A stretch of 63,781 nt of DNA, filler included, from Octopus bimaculoides (GCF_001194135.2; 3 parts of 3 records of this genome joined end to end with filler, not necessarily neighbours in it), one strand, 5' to 3'; shown: positions 1 through 14,578, counted from the first letter of the whole stretch. Notes: generated from the letters alone by a model not told the origin. Translations and numbers: made by a program.

Positions 1-84
1 GCTCTTCAACAGAAAGAATACGGAGACAAGGAGAAAAACACGGAGAAAAAAAATTGAATAGTGTTCGGTCAACGGTCAATCATA

Positions 85-129
<45 letters not shown>

Positions 130-587
130 TACACACATATATATATGTCTGTGTTTCTATGTATGTATGTGTGTATGTGTTTGTTTTTATCTCGTTCATG
201 TGTGTGTGTGTGTGTGAGTTGTGTCTCCATATGTGAAAAATGTTTGATCGATAAAACAAATAACTGATAGAAATGAACCCCATGGTGGCTTTGTTCAACT
301 AAAAATCTTCTAAGGCAGTACTCCCAGCTAGGTCACAGTCCAAAGACTGAAATCAGTGAATGTAAAAGGAAAGAATGCCTTGCAGTATTTGTTCCACATC
401 TCTGTATTCTAAGTTCAAACCTCACCAAGGTGGATAAAAAAATATGGTGTGTGACATTTGTTTTGGCTGTTTGCATTCTGAGTTCAAATTCCACCATGGC
501 CTACCATGGCAAAAAACAGTTGCTCCAACCTCATATCTTTGATTTCATTTCAAGTTCTTATATTAATATCATAAACATTGTTTTAAA

Positions 588-800
588 AGTGGTGAGCTGG
601 CAGAATGATTAGCACACCAGGCAAAATGCTCCGTGGCATTTTGTCTGTCTTTATGTTCCGAGTTCAAACTCCACCAAGATCAACTTTGCTTTTCATCCTT
701 TTGGTGTCGATAAAATAAATACCAGTTGAACACTGGGGCCAAAGTAATTGATTTACTTCTTACTCGAACTTGCTGGCCTTGTGCCAAAATTTTGAATCAA
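588..800 (+). mobile_element. tRNA-derived SINE family A (ggtgagctggcagaa...). Other copies at about 7862-7965, 9684-9897, 16580-16783(-), 17283-17465(-), 27405-27600, 28441-28630, 44708-44905(-), 46040-46185, 47051-47200
   Basis: Recurrent head with A/B boxes (tgagttcaaattcc) and body actttgcctttcatcctttcggggtcgataaa-taagtaccagttg. Confidence 0.85.
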
Positions 801-1764
801 TATTATAAACATTGTAAACTCCATACAGGTGAGGTAACACTAATCATTTTACTTATGAAATTATGTTGTTGCTTAAGTAAAGTTTTTCAGTGATACTTTT
901 AAGTAAAACTTTTCATTAATTTGTAGTAATATTTTTATAAATGCATTCACTCCTGCATATATGTATATACACACACACATAAGCGCACTCATACACACAT
1001 ATATGTGCAAATATATATGTATGTATGCATATACACATATACATATATATGCCTATGTGCACTAGAACACACATCCACACATATTAATAAACTATGTATT
1101 AATTAAACCAACAGTTTTCCTAAAACCAGAATGAAGTTCAAAGAGTTTGTTATTTTCACAAAAGATACTTAGTCACATGCATACAAAGCACAAACACTTC
1201 TGTTCTTTTGTTGAAACTGTTACTGCCTTGAGTCAAAATTCTTAATTTTTTTATTCCAACAAAGATCACGGCACATCCTTGATTTGAAGCTACCATTCCT
1301 GTACAACTGCATTCTATTTACAATCAACCAGGTAATTTTGAATTTGTGGGTGCTTGCCTCATACAAGAAACATAAACTGGAATACATTCCAGCCATGACT
1401 ATTTATACCTTTCTCTGCTTTAGAAAGTGTATTTAGGATCAGAATTTCAATGTGCTTGTTTTGTCATTTTTTTAAGACAGTAAGATACTCGGGACTACAT
1501 GGTTGTGAATACAAGTAAAACAAGGAATATTATAAAGTAAGGAGCGAAACAAATGAACAATACATGAAGACATGATAGAAGAAGAGTAGAAAAATAAACA
1601 AGACAATATCAATAAAAGAGTGTGAACAATGAAAAAAAAAAACATGTCAAATGAAAAGAAATAAAAGAGGTTCTCATGTTCTGGGTTATATCCTTCATCA
1701 AAGAAAAATAAGGAAAATGAGAGAATGAGGAAGAAAAATGGGAAAGATACCAAATTTGTGTTTG

Positions 1765-1814
<50 letters not shown>

Positions 1815-2256
1815 AGGGATGCTTATTGCTATGACTACAGGACCAAGATCAGACTTACTAATTAATGTGTGTATGTGTGTTTGTGTGTGCATGTGTGTGA
1901 GAGTGTACGTTTGTGTGTGTTTCCATGTGTATGTGTGTTTGTGTGTATGTATGTTTGTTTGTGTGTGTTTGTGTATATTTGTGTGTGTTTGTATCTTCGT
2001 GTCTTGACATCACTGGATATATATACATGACTGTCACCATCACAAAGCATAGTCCCTCGTTACTAGGTCTCAGCGAAATCATGTCTGACTATGGGGGAAA
2101 TATATCTTTGCTGGGAAACAACAGATGGTTTGAGACAAAATAGGGTGTCCAGTCATAAAACATTTGCCTCAAAGAATTCGAATTGACCCATAATAGCATG
2201 GACAATGGAACATTAAAATGATGATGATATTGAAAATGATGAGGATGTGGATGGTG

Positions 2257-2295
<39 letters not shown>

Positions 2296-3368
2296 AGTAG
2301 ATAGATAGATAAATAGATAGATAGATAGATAGACAGATAGACAGATTTATAGAAAGACAAACAGATAGAAAGACAGACAGACAGACAGAAAAAAAAGACA
2401 GACAGATAGAAAGACAGACAGATAGAAAGATAGCTAGTTATACAAAAATGCATACAGTCCCACCCATACCAGCATGAAAGGCAGACAGATGATAATACAA
2501 CATGCATACATACATACATACATACAGACAGGCAAACAGACAGACAGGCAGATAGACAGACAGACATTAGCCTTAGAACTCTTCTACAGCAAAACATCTC
2601 TTACTTCCCTCCTCCCTCTCAAACTCTATCATTTCATGATTGGCATAAAACCACCAACCCCAGTTCTACTTGTCACTTAGTTAAGGGGTCTTGTCTTGCA
2701 AGGTATTTTGCTGGTGCTGGCGCCATGAAAAGAAGTATCCAGTACCCTCTGTGAAGTTGTTGGCATTACAAAGGGTATCCAGCCATAGAAACCATGCATA
2801 AGCAGAGAGTTGAGCTTGAAAAAGGCTTCTGGCTTCCCAGCTCAAATTCATCTACCCAACTCATGTCAGTATGGAGGACATTAAACAATGATGATCATGA
2901 TATATATATGTGTGTATGTGCACGCCCGTGTGTGTATGTGTGTGCATGTACATGTGTATGTGTGTCTGTGTCTATGTGTGTGTATGTACACACACACACA
3001 CATACACACATATATACACACATATATATGTGTGTGCATATACATACATATATGCATCTGTATATAATAATGGATTCTCCCGTTGTAAGACGATGTACGA
3101 GGGTTCAACAATTTCTTACCAAACAACCACACAGATGATTTGTTCATAGTGATCAAATGCTTGTGTAGACATAAGCCCACTCCCTCCATCAGATGGACAT
3201 TACCTGTACAGGTGCAACGGGTGCCACATGTCAGATGCCGAAATGATTGCAGACCATTGAAAATTGAAGTGCTTTGCTCAAGAACACAACGTAACGCCCG
3301 ATCTGGGAATCGAACCCACAATCTTACAATCATGAGTGCAACACCTTAACCACTAAGCCATGCACCTT

Positions 3369-3400
<32 letters not shown>

Positions 3401-3739
3401 GAGTTATAAGTACATATATATCTAGGATTTCAGGTCATGACTTTAAAATGCTGGCATGAAAATAATGTCTCCTCACAAATCATAATATAAAGTGGTGGTC
3501 ATGTCTCAACATGGATCAAAATATCTACAATGATGCATTAAGTTATCTGATAACATTTCTCCTAGATTTCAACAACACTTACTCCTAGATTCTCCTAGAT
3601 TTCAACAACACTTATTTCTACTTCAAAACTATTCAAATGCTAAACTTTTAAGGTAGATTTTATTCAATATATGACTTCAAATTTAAACTGTGTTTTGAAA
3701 TAGATGCACACACTCTCTCTCTTTCTATTTGTCTATCTG

Positions 3740-3785
<46 letters not shown>

Positions 3786-4029
3786 TCTCTCTCTNNNNNN
3801 NNNNNNNNNNNNNNNNNNNNNNNNNNNNNNNNNNNNNNNNNNNNNNNNNNNNNNNNNNNNNNNNNNNNNNNNNNNNNNNNNNNNNNNNNNNNNNNNNNNN
3901 NNNNNNNNNNNNNNNNNNNNNNNNNNNNNNNNNNNNNNNNNNNNNNNNNNNNNNNNNNNNNNNNNNNNNNNNNNNNNNNNNNNNNNNNNNNNNNNCCTCT
4001 CTCTCTCTTTCTGTCTGTCTGTCTCTCTC

Positions 4030-4087
<58 letters not shown>

Positions 4088-4230
4088 ACATGCACAAACA
4101 CATACAGGCACACACACTTACACATGCACACACAAATATATATTTACAAAGGAAAGGATATCTATCAGCTTTATTTCAATGAAAATAAGTTATATACATG
4201 TATATGTGTAAAGTATGTATGTACAATATA

Positions 4231-4419
4231 TAGTGCTGGATTTAAGATAAATAAGGCCCAGCGCTAGTTAAGACGTGAGACCCCCTACTTGGACAGTAGG
4301 CGTACATGCATAGGAAATTTAGGAGTAGTTAAAATTTGGTGGCGCTGGAAGGTGGGACCCCTTGGTCAACAGGGCCCTGTGCTTAAGCATACCTAAGCAC
4401 AATGGTAAATCCAGCACTG
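4231..4419. mobile_element. hAT-like MITE
   Basis: TIRs tagtgctggattta and taaatccagcactg, with an internal gggccc...gcttaagcatac subterminal motif. No clear TSD. Confidence 0.65.
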
Positions 4420-4702
4420 CATACATACATACGTATATGTTTGTCTCAGTGTGTGTGCGTGTGTATGTGTGTAAAAGCATTCTCAAGCAAAGCTTATAGA
4501 CACAGGCTTGGCTGGGTGGTTAAGAAGCTTGCTTCCCAGCCATGTGGTCTTGAGGTCAGTCCCACTGTATGGCACCATGGACAGGTGTTTTCTACTATGA
4601 CTGTGGGCTGACCAAAGTCTTATGAGTGGCTTTGATAAATGGAAACTGAAAGAAGCCTGTCATATATATGGCTATATGTGTGTGAGTGTGTTATATTTAT
4701 AC

Positions 4703-4873
<171 letters not shown>

Positions 4874-6149
4874 TAGATAGATGGGGAGATAGATATAGAT
4901 ATTTATGTATGTATTCATATATATATGTATATGTATTTATATTTGTCCAGTTCATTGAAGTTTAGCAAATAAAAGATTGTAAAATACTAATGCTAATGAG
5001 CATGATGATGATGATGGTGATGGTGATGATGATGATAAGGATTATGTTGTATACACATGCATGTATGTGTGTGCATTTACGCATTGTGTATGTCTATTTA
5101 TCTTATTTGTGTGTGTGTGTGTTTGTGTCTGTACACAAGCGAGTGTGTGTGCATGTGTGCACATGGTATGTGTGTGTTTGTGTGTGTTACATGACTGTTT
5201 ATAAAAGAAGATATGCTGCGAGAAGAGACTGTGAAGCAGTAAAAAAAGAAAAAGAAAAAGCAGGGAACAAAGCAGTAAAGTATTTGGTAGCAGGTGGAGG
5301 AGAGGGGTTAATTTTTCAGAAAGATTGCTAAATATAAGTGAAATTAGATGGAAAAGCTGATGTGTGAGTAAAATAAGTAGGAGGGTCTTAAAGTTGGAAG
5401 ACTCAAGAAATGGAGTAAAAAGGGTGTAGGGAGTTTAAGAGAAGTACAGGGCATGGAAGTAGGAGGAGTTGAAAACAAAGGAGGAGTGATATAAATAGGA
5501 GGAGGAGCTTTGTTATAACCATCATGAGGAGTAGGAGAATTTGTAGAAGAGGGTGCAGTGGGGAGATTAGGAAATAGTAGGAATAGGAAGAGTAGTAACC
5601 ATAAGAAGAGGTGCATAAAATGCAGAATTGTTGTTGTTATTGTTGTTTCTGTTTAGCAACAGTCCAGGCTTGATCAAACTGACCTATGATCAATGGAATT
5701 CCCACCATGACCGTCACATTTTATTTTCAGGTATAGCATATCTAGGATTACATTATGCAATGTATTCTAATGGTTTTTGAAAGACAGATGTGTGTGTGTG
5801 TGTTTGTGATTTGAAGGATATTTGACTGCTATTTCTAGAAGATCAAGTAACCAAGTAGAGGTTAACCTTATTGGTTCACCAAAATAAGGGGAAGATAATT
5901 TATGTTGTTTAGCCCCTGGTTAAAAGGTATCATGCTGACATATGATAAAATGACATTTCAACTTCTGATACTCTTAAACTCTGCCAAATAACAATAGCAT
6001 AGCTGGGGGAGGGGAGGTGAAAGTGGGCATTCCACCCCAGGGAATGTTTTTATGGGGGGAAGAGAGTTTCACTTCTGGGCTGGCTGTGTAAGTGTAAAGG
6101 GTGTAAAAAATAAGTAAGGTTTCCTTCTTGAGTGAGGCCAACTTACAAG

Positions 6150-6362
6150 GGCTGGTTTCCTAGTTTTCATGGTGTATGTATTCCCCACCTGGATAGGACA
6201 CCAGTCCATTGCAGGTACTCAATTTTGTCAGCTGAGTTGACTGGAGCAACATGAAATGAAATGTTTTGTTTAAGAATACAATGCATCGGCCAATCCAGGA
6301 ATTGAAGCCACAATCTTATGATCATGAGTCTGACACCCTAACCACTAAGTCACGTACCTCCA
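6150..6362 (-). mobile_element. tRNA-derived SINE family E (...tagtggttagggtgttgcactcatgat...). Others at about 3100-3370(-), 7725-7855, 46272-46420
   Basis: A box tagtggttag, B box ggtttcaattcc and body gtgttcttgagcaaaacacttca. Confidence 0.75.
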
Positions 6363-7099
6363 CAGTAAAGGGTGATAGGAAGGGCAAGTTGGCAAACTCA
6401 AGGACTGCTCTGAATGGTGCACACACTCTAAGCTACACCATTACCAAATGTATAAAATCTGAGGAAGGTTTTTTTTTTTTTTTTTTACAAACACTTTGAA
6501 ATGAGAAATTTGTACATAAATCAAGGGCTGAAGCAGGCCAGTATGAAAGGGAATCAAACAAGGAAGGACACTCTGAATAATGTATTTGTAAAATTCACCG
6601 AAAATGATGGGATGGTCACTACTGGATTGTATTTAATCACTCCTCAGTTGAATCAGTATTGACTTAATGATGATTAATGTCAGATAGAATGTTCCCTAAT
6701 CTTTAGAATTTGAAATGCATGGTCCTTATTTAGAATATAATAGCAAACCAAAGTTCTGTTGTTGCTGGTGTTGGAGATCAAGGGATGTGATTACAACATC
6801 CTGAATCCTGTCTGACTTGGTTGAAGTTCCCTTCAATGGGTTTACATGAGTTTCTTTCTAGCTTTTAGCTTTAATGGCAAATGACATATCAATCTTGTCT
6901 CTTCCAAGAGCAATAACACACAAGTGCTGCACACATCAAAGAAACAGTTCTGTACTTCACCTTCTTGTCATGCATATGACATGCAACTACAAACATGCAA
7001 CGGTAACAACATGCAGAATGATTTCCTTTCTGTCTTATAATCATTCTGTAACAACTATGGAAGAGAAATGCAATATTAGTGGTATTAGTTACAGTTAGC

Positions 7100-7360
7100 A
7101 TCAGTGGTGGTGGTGGAAGTGGTGGTGGAAGTGGTGGTGGAAGTGATTTCAGTTGTGGTGGTGGCAGCAGTGACAGTGGCAGCGGTGGTGGCAGAGAAGG
7201 AGGACGGGAGGAGTGGGAGAAGGAGGAGGGGAGGAGTGGGAGAAGGAGGAGGGGAGGAGTGGGAGAAGGAGGTAGAGCAGAAGGTGGAGCAGAAGGTGGA
7301 GCAGAAGAAGAAGAAGAAGAAGAAGAAGAAGATAGCAGGAGGAGAGGAGAAGAAGGAGGT
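7100..7360 (+). repeat. Purine-rich low-complexity tract (GGT/GGA/GAA repeats)
   Basis: (ggtggaagtggt)n, (ggagtgggagaaggagg)x2 and (GAA)n. Confidence 0.85.
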
Positions 7361-8777
7361 CTTGGAGACTTATGACTTGATAGAGCTTGATAGCCCAAGA
7401 ATTCTTTTGTTGCAAATTTAGAAATAACAAACCTTGTTTTTACCAAGGTTTTTACCAAGGATGTGCTTCTTAAGATTTAGCATTTGAAATATGTAGTCCC
7501 TATTTTAAAAGACAACACAATGTTTGTTGATGCCAGTCTGAGAGTATTTGATACCTATATTTAGAACGTTCGGTGACTAGGCTAAAGTTCCTTTCAGTGG
7601 ATTTACACGTTTTTTTTTTTAATTTAATGGAAGATGACATATCAATCTTATCTCCCTCACCAGCAAAAGGAAGCACATATGCAAACAGTTTTACAGTTTG
7701 CCTCCATGTCACATAAAAGTACATAGCCTAGTGGATAGGGTGTTGCACTCACAATTGCAAGATTATGGTTTCAATTCCCAGACTGGGCAGAGTATTGCAT
7801 TCTTGCGTAAAACACTTCATTTTATGTTGCTTCAGTCTACTCAGCTGCAAATGTGAATCCTTTCGGGATTGATAAATTAAGTACCAGTTGCATACTGGGG
7901 TCGATCTAATCGACTAACCTCCCCCTCCCCCAAAATTTCCTGCCTTGTGCCTCGAGTAGAAAAGATACAGTGGCTACACAGTTCATGCAAACAGTTTTAT
8001 TCCTCACTTCTAGTCACACAAAACATGCAACTAAAACCCTCAAAATTGCAACAAGTTTCATTATCCCTGTTGATCTCTTCTGGTGTTCTTATACGGATAA
8101 CAGCAAAAAGACTACTTTTACTCTCTTTCAACTGTTGTAGGTTTACTCTACAAAATTCAGATTTTAGAAAGTCCCTCCTTCTGGAATTTTCTCACTAAAC
8201 ATTTTCATTCCGCAGTCACTGACTTGAAGTTGTCCATGTAAAACATCGACTAAATCAATCTCACCAGATTTGAAAAGCTTCTTCTTCTTCCAGATCAAAA
8301 TAGATAGTGGTAGTAGTAATAGCAGTATATTCACACACACACATATTCTCCACTGTCCTTTCTGCTTCTTTGCAGTTGGATCCTTGCACTTTTCAACTCT
8401 ACATCAACATCCCACATCTAGTTATTTTTAGGGCATTCACTCTTCTGCATCTTTTTGGGGTTCGTATGTTTTCTCTATGGGAAGGCCCCCCCCCCCCAAA
8501 TCTTGCCAGTTTTGAATTATCATCAGTGCTTCTGTAACTTTGCCTTTTTCTAGGTATGTGTGTGTGTTGGCTCTACATAAATCCAGTTTTTCTTTACCCC
8601 CAAGAAGAACATGGTCAGTATTTGTCAAGCCTCTATCCTTTGACCTGTCCAGCATAGAAAATCCTACCAGGAACTCGCACTCTACAGGCATATTCTCAGG
8701 GACATTGAAACACACAAGCCACCAATGACTAAACAACGATTAAACCTTGTAGTGGATATAAACTTTGAATAAAGAGA

Positions 8778-9339
8778 TTAATCCGTTTGCATATAAACTA
8801 GTCATATCCGGCCCAAATATCTTATTTGTTTTATACCTACCCTACAATGTCATTCTAAAAATGAACAATCACATCTTCAAAATCTTGAAACTACAAATAC
8901 TACATGGTTATACAACACAAATAAGATGATAATTTTTTTCAAATGCAGAAATGCTGTTAGAAGAGCAAAAATATTGGGTAAATTACCCATACACAGAAAT
9001 TAAGAATTTGTCAACTGCCATGGGACTTGAACCCACATCCCTCAAAGACCTTGGCTGAGTGCTTTATCATTAAGCTAGATTGCTCACTGACAAATTTATA
9101 TTCAAATTTAGACACTATAAAGCTAAATGCACAACTAAGTGTATATAAATATAAACAAACATTTGTTTTTTGAAAAGAGTCAAAAATGTGTATTATTATT
9201 TTATATGTATTGTACAATACACATTTTCAATGCTTATAAAGAACAAATGTTTGTTTATATTTACTACATGATTAACTTTTTAAGATGTGGATAAACAAGC
9301 ATCACATTTGATAAATTAATCTGAATGCTAAAGGGTTAA
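8778..9339 (+). mobile_element. piggyBac-like (TTAA-flanked) MITE family 1; other copies at about 25190-25430(-), 39266-39816, 43200-43387(-), 45343-45555
   Basis: Shared body (gccatatccggcccaaatat...cctaccct(a/g)caatgtcattctaaaa...) and a ctgaatgctaaagggTTAA end. Several copies carry nested SINEs. Confidence 0.7.
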
Positions 9340-10134
9340 ATAAGATCTTAGTCTGATAGGTGAGACAACAGAAGATAGAGGTAAGATGCTGTACTTCGCT
9401 TGTTTCACAATATCATAACTGAAGTACAATTGTCCAATTGTGTGACTAATTGTTATTGATACTGCTACAGATAGTAAGGGTGGTGAGGATGTTATATCAA
9501 TCATTACTTATGATTCAATTAAGACACAGTTAAGGTATGGGAAATTTGAGCTGCTCCTAGAACAGGGGTTGACATGAAGTACTGTGTGCAGGAACTTTTA
9601 ATCAGTGATTTTTGTGAGCTAATTTACATTATGCTAATATACAAGACATACGATATGCCTTGTAATATAATTCCATCAGGCAGGTGGTGAGCTGGCAGAA
9701 ATGTTAGCACAGCGGGCAAAATGCTTAGCAGTATTTTGTTTAGCTTTACGCTCTGAGTTCAAAATCTGCCAAGGTCAACTTTATTTTTCATCCTTTCGGG
9801 GGTCGAAAAATTAAGTACCAGTTGTGTACTGGGTCGAACTAATCAACTGCCACACTTCCCAAAAATTTCTGGCCTTGTGCCTAGAGTAGAAAAGAATATA
9901 ATTCATCAGGGGCGTTAATTCCAGGTGTGTTCTGCACACCTATTGGAAATGGTAAATTCATTATAAATATTAACCTTAATCGTTAATTTCCTCACAAATC
10001 TTAATGGAAAACATTTTTGATACCCCTGCTTGAAATTTGGTGGCCCTGGGTGTGGCAGCACACCCAATACAGCAACCACTATTCACCAATTAATTCCATT
10101 CACATCTAAGATGCTTTATACTACAAAGCATCTT

Positions 10135-10391
10135 AGATGTTTCTCAACCACTTTTTGCCTATGGACTCTTTTGATTCTTATTTTCCTCAACAGGAATGGA
10201 GACTCATAGCCATCCAATGTCTAAAAACTACAATTATTTTTTTATGATTAAATATTAGGAATTGTATTAAAAAAATTGTTTAAATATTTTGTGTATTATA
10301 GAAATATAACCAGTTTATTGCACCTAAATTTTAACAACAAAATTTTATATGGAACCCCAATGGCTATATGGACCCTGGTTGAGAAACACTG
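10135..10391. mobile_element. hAT (Charlie-like) MITE
   Basis: Termini agatgtttctcaacc and ggttgagaaacactg, related to the 57610 terminus. No TSD detected. Confidence 0.65.
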
Positions 10392-11288
10392 CATAGTGAT
10401 ATGGTCCCAGTACTTGACTCATACTCCGTTCTCTCAATTTCAAGAAGGACAATTTCTAAGAGAGAACATAACAAGATTAAAAAAAAAAGAAGCATTTTGT
10501 GATTCTTCCACTCTGAATTATCCTGAGTTGTATAAGTGATGTGTATTGGACATCAACTAAACTTTAATGATATTGAGGGATTTTGACAAACACACCAGCC
10601 GTCTTGGGATTTTGGTCCCGGATGATAAAGTCAAAACTCAGTAGGTACACAATGTTACTACTGGTTGCAGTTGTTAGCTGCCCTTCGGTAGGGAATCAAT
10701 CTACAGATAGGTGAAGTAGAATATTGAAATTTAAGAGTGCCAGTCAGTCAAGGAAGTACAGCAACTTGGTCATGACAAGATACCAAGATCTTGTCACACA
10801 AAACGACTTCCAAATGATTTGACCAGCAATGTTGCTTGCTGGTGGTGAAAGTCATGCTGAGGGAGATTGATGAAGACAACAACAATGATGGTGGTGGTGG
10901 TGGTGCCGCTGCTGCTGCTAATGTTTGTGATGAGGGTGAGGATGATGTGTGTAGTGATAGTGGAGGGTGGTGGAGACAATAATACAATAAGGCAATGACA
11001 ATAATGATGACAATGGGAAAACCGAAGATGACTACACAGAGAGACTGCATGAAAAGTAGCTTATTATTTAGAACCTATCTATGTTTATGTATCCCTCATG
11101 AATTAAGGATTTCTGAACCTGACATAAAACCACAAGGTAATAAAACTATCTGTCATTCCAAGGAACTTGCAATGTCAAGATGTCCGTTATCTCACACACT
11201 TGATAATCATATTGATCTCAAGATAAACAAAACAAAACTCAAGTATGCAAATAAACAAATAAATATATTATATATTATATATATATAC

Positions 11289-11345
<57 letters not shown>

Positions 11346-11402
11346 CACACAGAGAGATTTAGGTATANNNNNNNNNNNNNNNNNNNNNNNNNNNNNNNNN
11401 NN

Positions 11403-11437
<35 letters not shown>

Positions 11438-12314
11438 TTAGATAGATAAAATATATATATATATATATATATTATATATACGAGAATGAATGGCATTATC
11501 TGTTAGAATACTTAAAATTACACTGATGATAAATATGCTGATCCTGTTCCTAAGGCAAGGAGATTCTAGAGCTGGTTATAGCCCCACAAGAGACAGAAGA
11601 ACCTTTATTGACAGCTGCATATCAATATGAAAACTATAATAGTTTCCTATTAAAATACCAATGTTCATGGTATTACATATTTCAGGATAAATATTTCAAG
11701 TCAAAGTAAAGAACACTCTAATGCTGTTATATAGCCGCAATCCTTTTCTTTTGGGAATTCTTTATATTTTTAGTTACAAATTCTGTTCATGCATTCCTTT
11801 ATTTTAAAATTCTTTGTTGGATCTTACTGTTAGTAATTTGAATATACATATATGTAGGCATGGCTGTGTGGGAAGTATCAGGCACAAGTGTGGCTGTATG
11901 GTAAGAAGTTTGCTTCCCAACCACATGGTTCCAGGCTCAATCCCACTGTATGGCAATATAGGCAAGTGTCTTCTACTATAGGCTCAGGTCGACAAAAAGA
12001 CTTGTGAATGGATTTACCAGATGGAAACTGAAAAGAAGACTATCGTATATATATGCATTTAGCTATGTCTATATATATGTGTGTGTGTCTTTGCATATGT
12101 GTTTGTTCCCCATCGTTGACATGCGGTGTTGGTGTGTTTACGTCCCTGTAACTTAGCAATTTTGCAAAAGAGACCATTAGAATAAGTCCCAGATTTAGTT
12201 ACAGGTTCAATCTCACCATGTAGTACCTTGATCAAGTGTCTTCTAAAAAAATCCCAGGCCAACCAAAGTCTTGTGAGTGAATTTGGTGGAGAAAACTGAA
12301 AGAAGCCTGTTATA

Positions 12315-12377
<63 letters not shown>

Positions 12378-14468
12378 GTACTAATATATAATTATATAAA
12401 TATAATTATATATTAGTATAAATTGTTACCTATATGGTTTTATTAAACTCTGGTCACTTGATAAAATCATTAAAATGGTTATATCCTTAATTATGTATGA
12501 ATGTGTGTGTGTGTGTGTGTGTGCGTTTGTGTGTGTGCATGTATGTGCGTGTTTCTACATGTCGTTGTCTTGACATGTGAATGGTTGTAAACAAGCATCA
12601 CTATCTTACAAGTGGTGTTGTTCATTCTCAGTTTTCCATGAAAAACATGTCTGGCTAGGATGAAATATTATTACTTTCCCTGGAAGCAGGTGAGGGTTGA
12701 TGACATGAAGGGCATCCAGCTGTAGAACGTGTGCCTCAACAAATTCTGTCTGACCCATGAAAGCATGGGAAAGTGGACGTTAAATGGTGGTGGTGGCGAA
12801 AACGATGAGGATGATGATAATGATGGAGGAGGAGGAGGAGGATATTCTCATAGCATTTAAGCAGCTTATAGTATAAGACTAATTCCTGAAGAGATTAACC
12901 TTTCAGTCGCTACAGTCATTCATTTTCAGCTGGGTGAACTGGAGCGATTTAAAATGAAGTCCCTTGCTCAAGGACACAACCTGCTACCTACTTCAAGAAC
13001 TGAACCCATGACTTTATGATCATTAGCCACAGAGCCATATACACCTTCATTGATTCTGGTAATTAAGGGGGGAAAGAAACAAAAAAAAAGTATATAACTG
13101 GTCCTTATTGACAACCAAAACTAATAAGGGAGCCTCTACATGATTACATGACTTGTTAGAAATAGCAGCTAAATCTCTGTTAATTTTCTCATGCCATTTA
13201 ATACAAGGAAAGGGGGAAATGTTGTCATAGATTCTCTTTAAAAGCTGGGTTGGACCTGGTTGAAAGGCCTTTCATCATTGGTCAGCTTAATCAACATTAA
13301 TCTGTGGGCTAAACAACAACAGCTAGGTCTTAATTTACTGACCCCAGAATGAAGGAAAGATATAATTGACTCTGGCTAGCTTTAAGTTCCAAATGAAGAT
13401 GGACAATTCTAAATAACAGAAAGGCATTTATTCTGATATTCTGCCAACCTTCCCTTTTCTCCTGTAAATTCTAATTAAGTCAACAAATGAGAAAAAAATA
13501 CTGAAATTAAAGGGTTGTCTATTATAAATCTCTGGTAAACTTGAATGTGAGAACATCTCTAATTTTCCTTCTTTTATTTATTTGTTTGTTTATTTACTTA
13601 TTTATTTATTTTTTAAAATATTTTTGATATTTTCAATCAATGGCATTGGGTTGAAATAAGTAAAAACAACTGATTTAATTAATTGGAAACCTTTAAGAAG
13701 TTTATCTAGCCTATTTCATAACTTCAAAGATTAAAGAATTTTGCTTGGGAATATTCTAGTAGGAGCTGGATGCCAAGATATTAAGGAAATCATTATAGGA
13801 GCAAGCCAGGAACAGGATATAAAATATAGTTATTGTAATAACCTTTGGCCTTTTGGCCTTCAGCAACATTAATTTAATCATTTCCCCAAAATAAGTTTTA
13901 AAATGTTGCTGTTAAGCCTTAGGAGAGAGAATTTCGAAAGGAAGCTACGAAAGCAAGCATCGCAGCAATTAGTTGAGGCCAAGTTAAAAGTGTAACTGTT
14001 AATTAGCAAGCAGATAAGTGAAGTTAATTGGGAGCTCTGCCAATCTACAGATCAATGTCTCTATTAGATTAGTCTTGGTATGACAAGGAATGAAATCATT
14101 CTTAGAGAAGCTTAAGATTTATTTATCAATAGTTGTAGAATGGCAACTCAGAGGCCAAATCGTATCTACTTGGATGGAGGAAAAGGATATAAAGTGTTCT
14201 CTAATTCAATACCTGACAGGAATATTTACATGTACAAAGAAAGAATACAAGACTTTGATGCAAACTGGAAGAAGATTGTCGACCAGTACAGCAATATATA
14301 AAACAGCAATACTGTACAGTAATGGCATACCAGATCTTAATCCCTGTCCACAAACTTCTTCATTATTCTATTTTATTCTGATTTATTTTTATATCTAGTG
14401 TTTACTGAATTATATTGCAGCGGAGTGTTCACTCAGACCATTTTCTTCTCCTTCCTTTAAATCCTTAC

Positions 14469-14578
14469 CTTGTAATCTTCAACCACTAACACGATAAACA
14501 TGCCATCGGAATTTAGCCTGAAGTTATTTTTATGGTTCTTTAAGGAAGTACGTTGTGTATGCATAAACGTCTTTTATA
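14469..14578 (-). promoter_or_regulatory. Candidate TATA box, short non-coding exon and splice donor (possible start of the next downstream minus-strand gene)
   Basis: TATAAAA at 14578-14572 and AAG|GTAAGG donor (intron starts 14468), with local CpG retention. No downstream coding exon was found in the window. Confidence 0.3.

Noticed and set aside
6889-7458. Pro-rich / Gly-Glu-rich ORFs on both strands
   Set aside because: They are translations of a GGT/GGA/GAA low-complexity tract, with no domain or splice support.
7950-8520. Possible coding remnant on the minus strand (…LIWKKKKLFKSGEIDLVDVLHG…)
   Set aside because: Frames are interrupted by stops and I could not recognise any family motif; left unannotated pending BLASTx.
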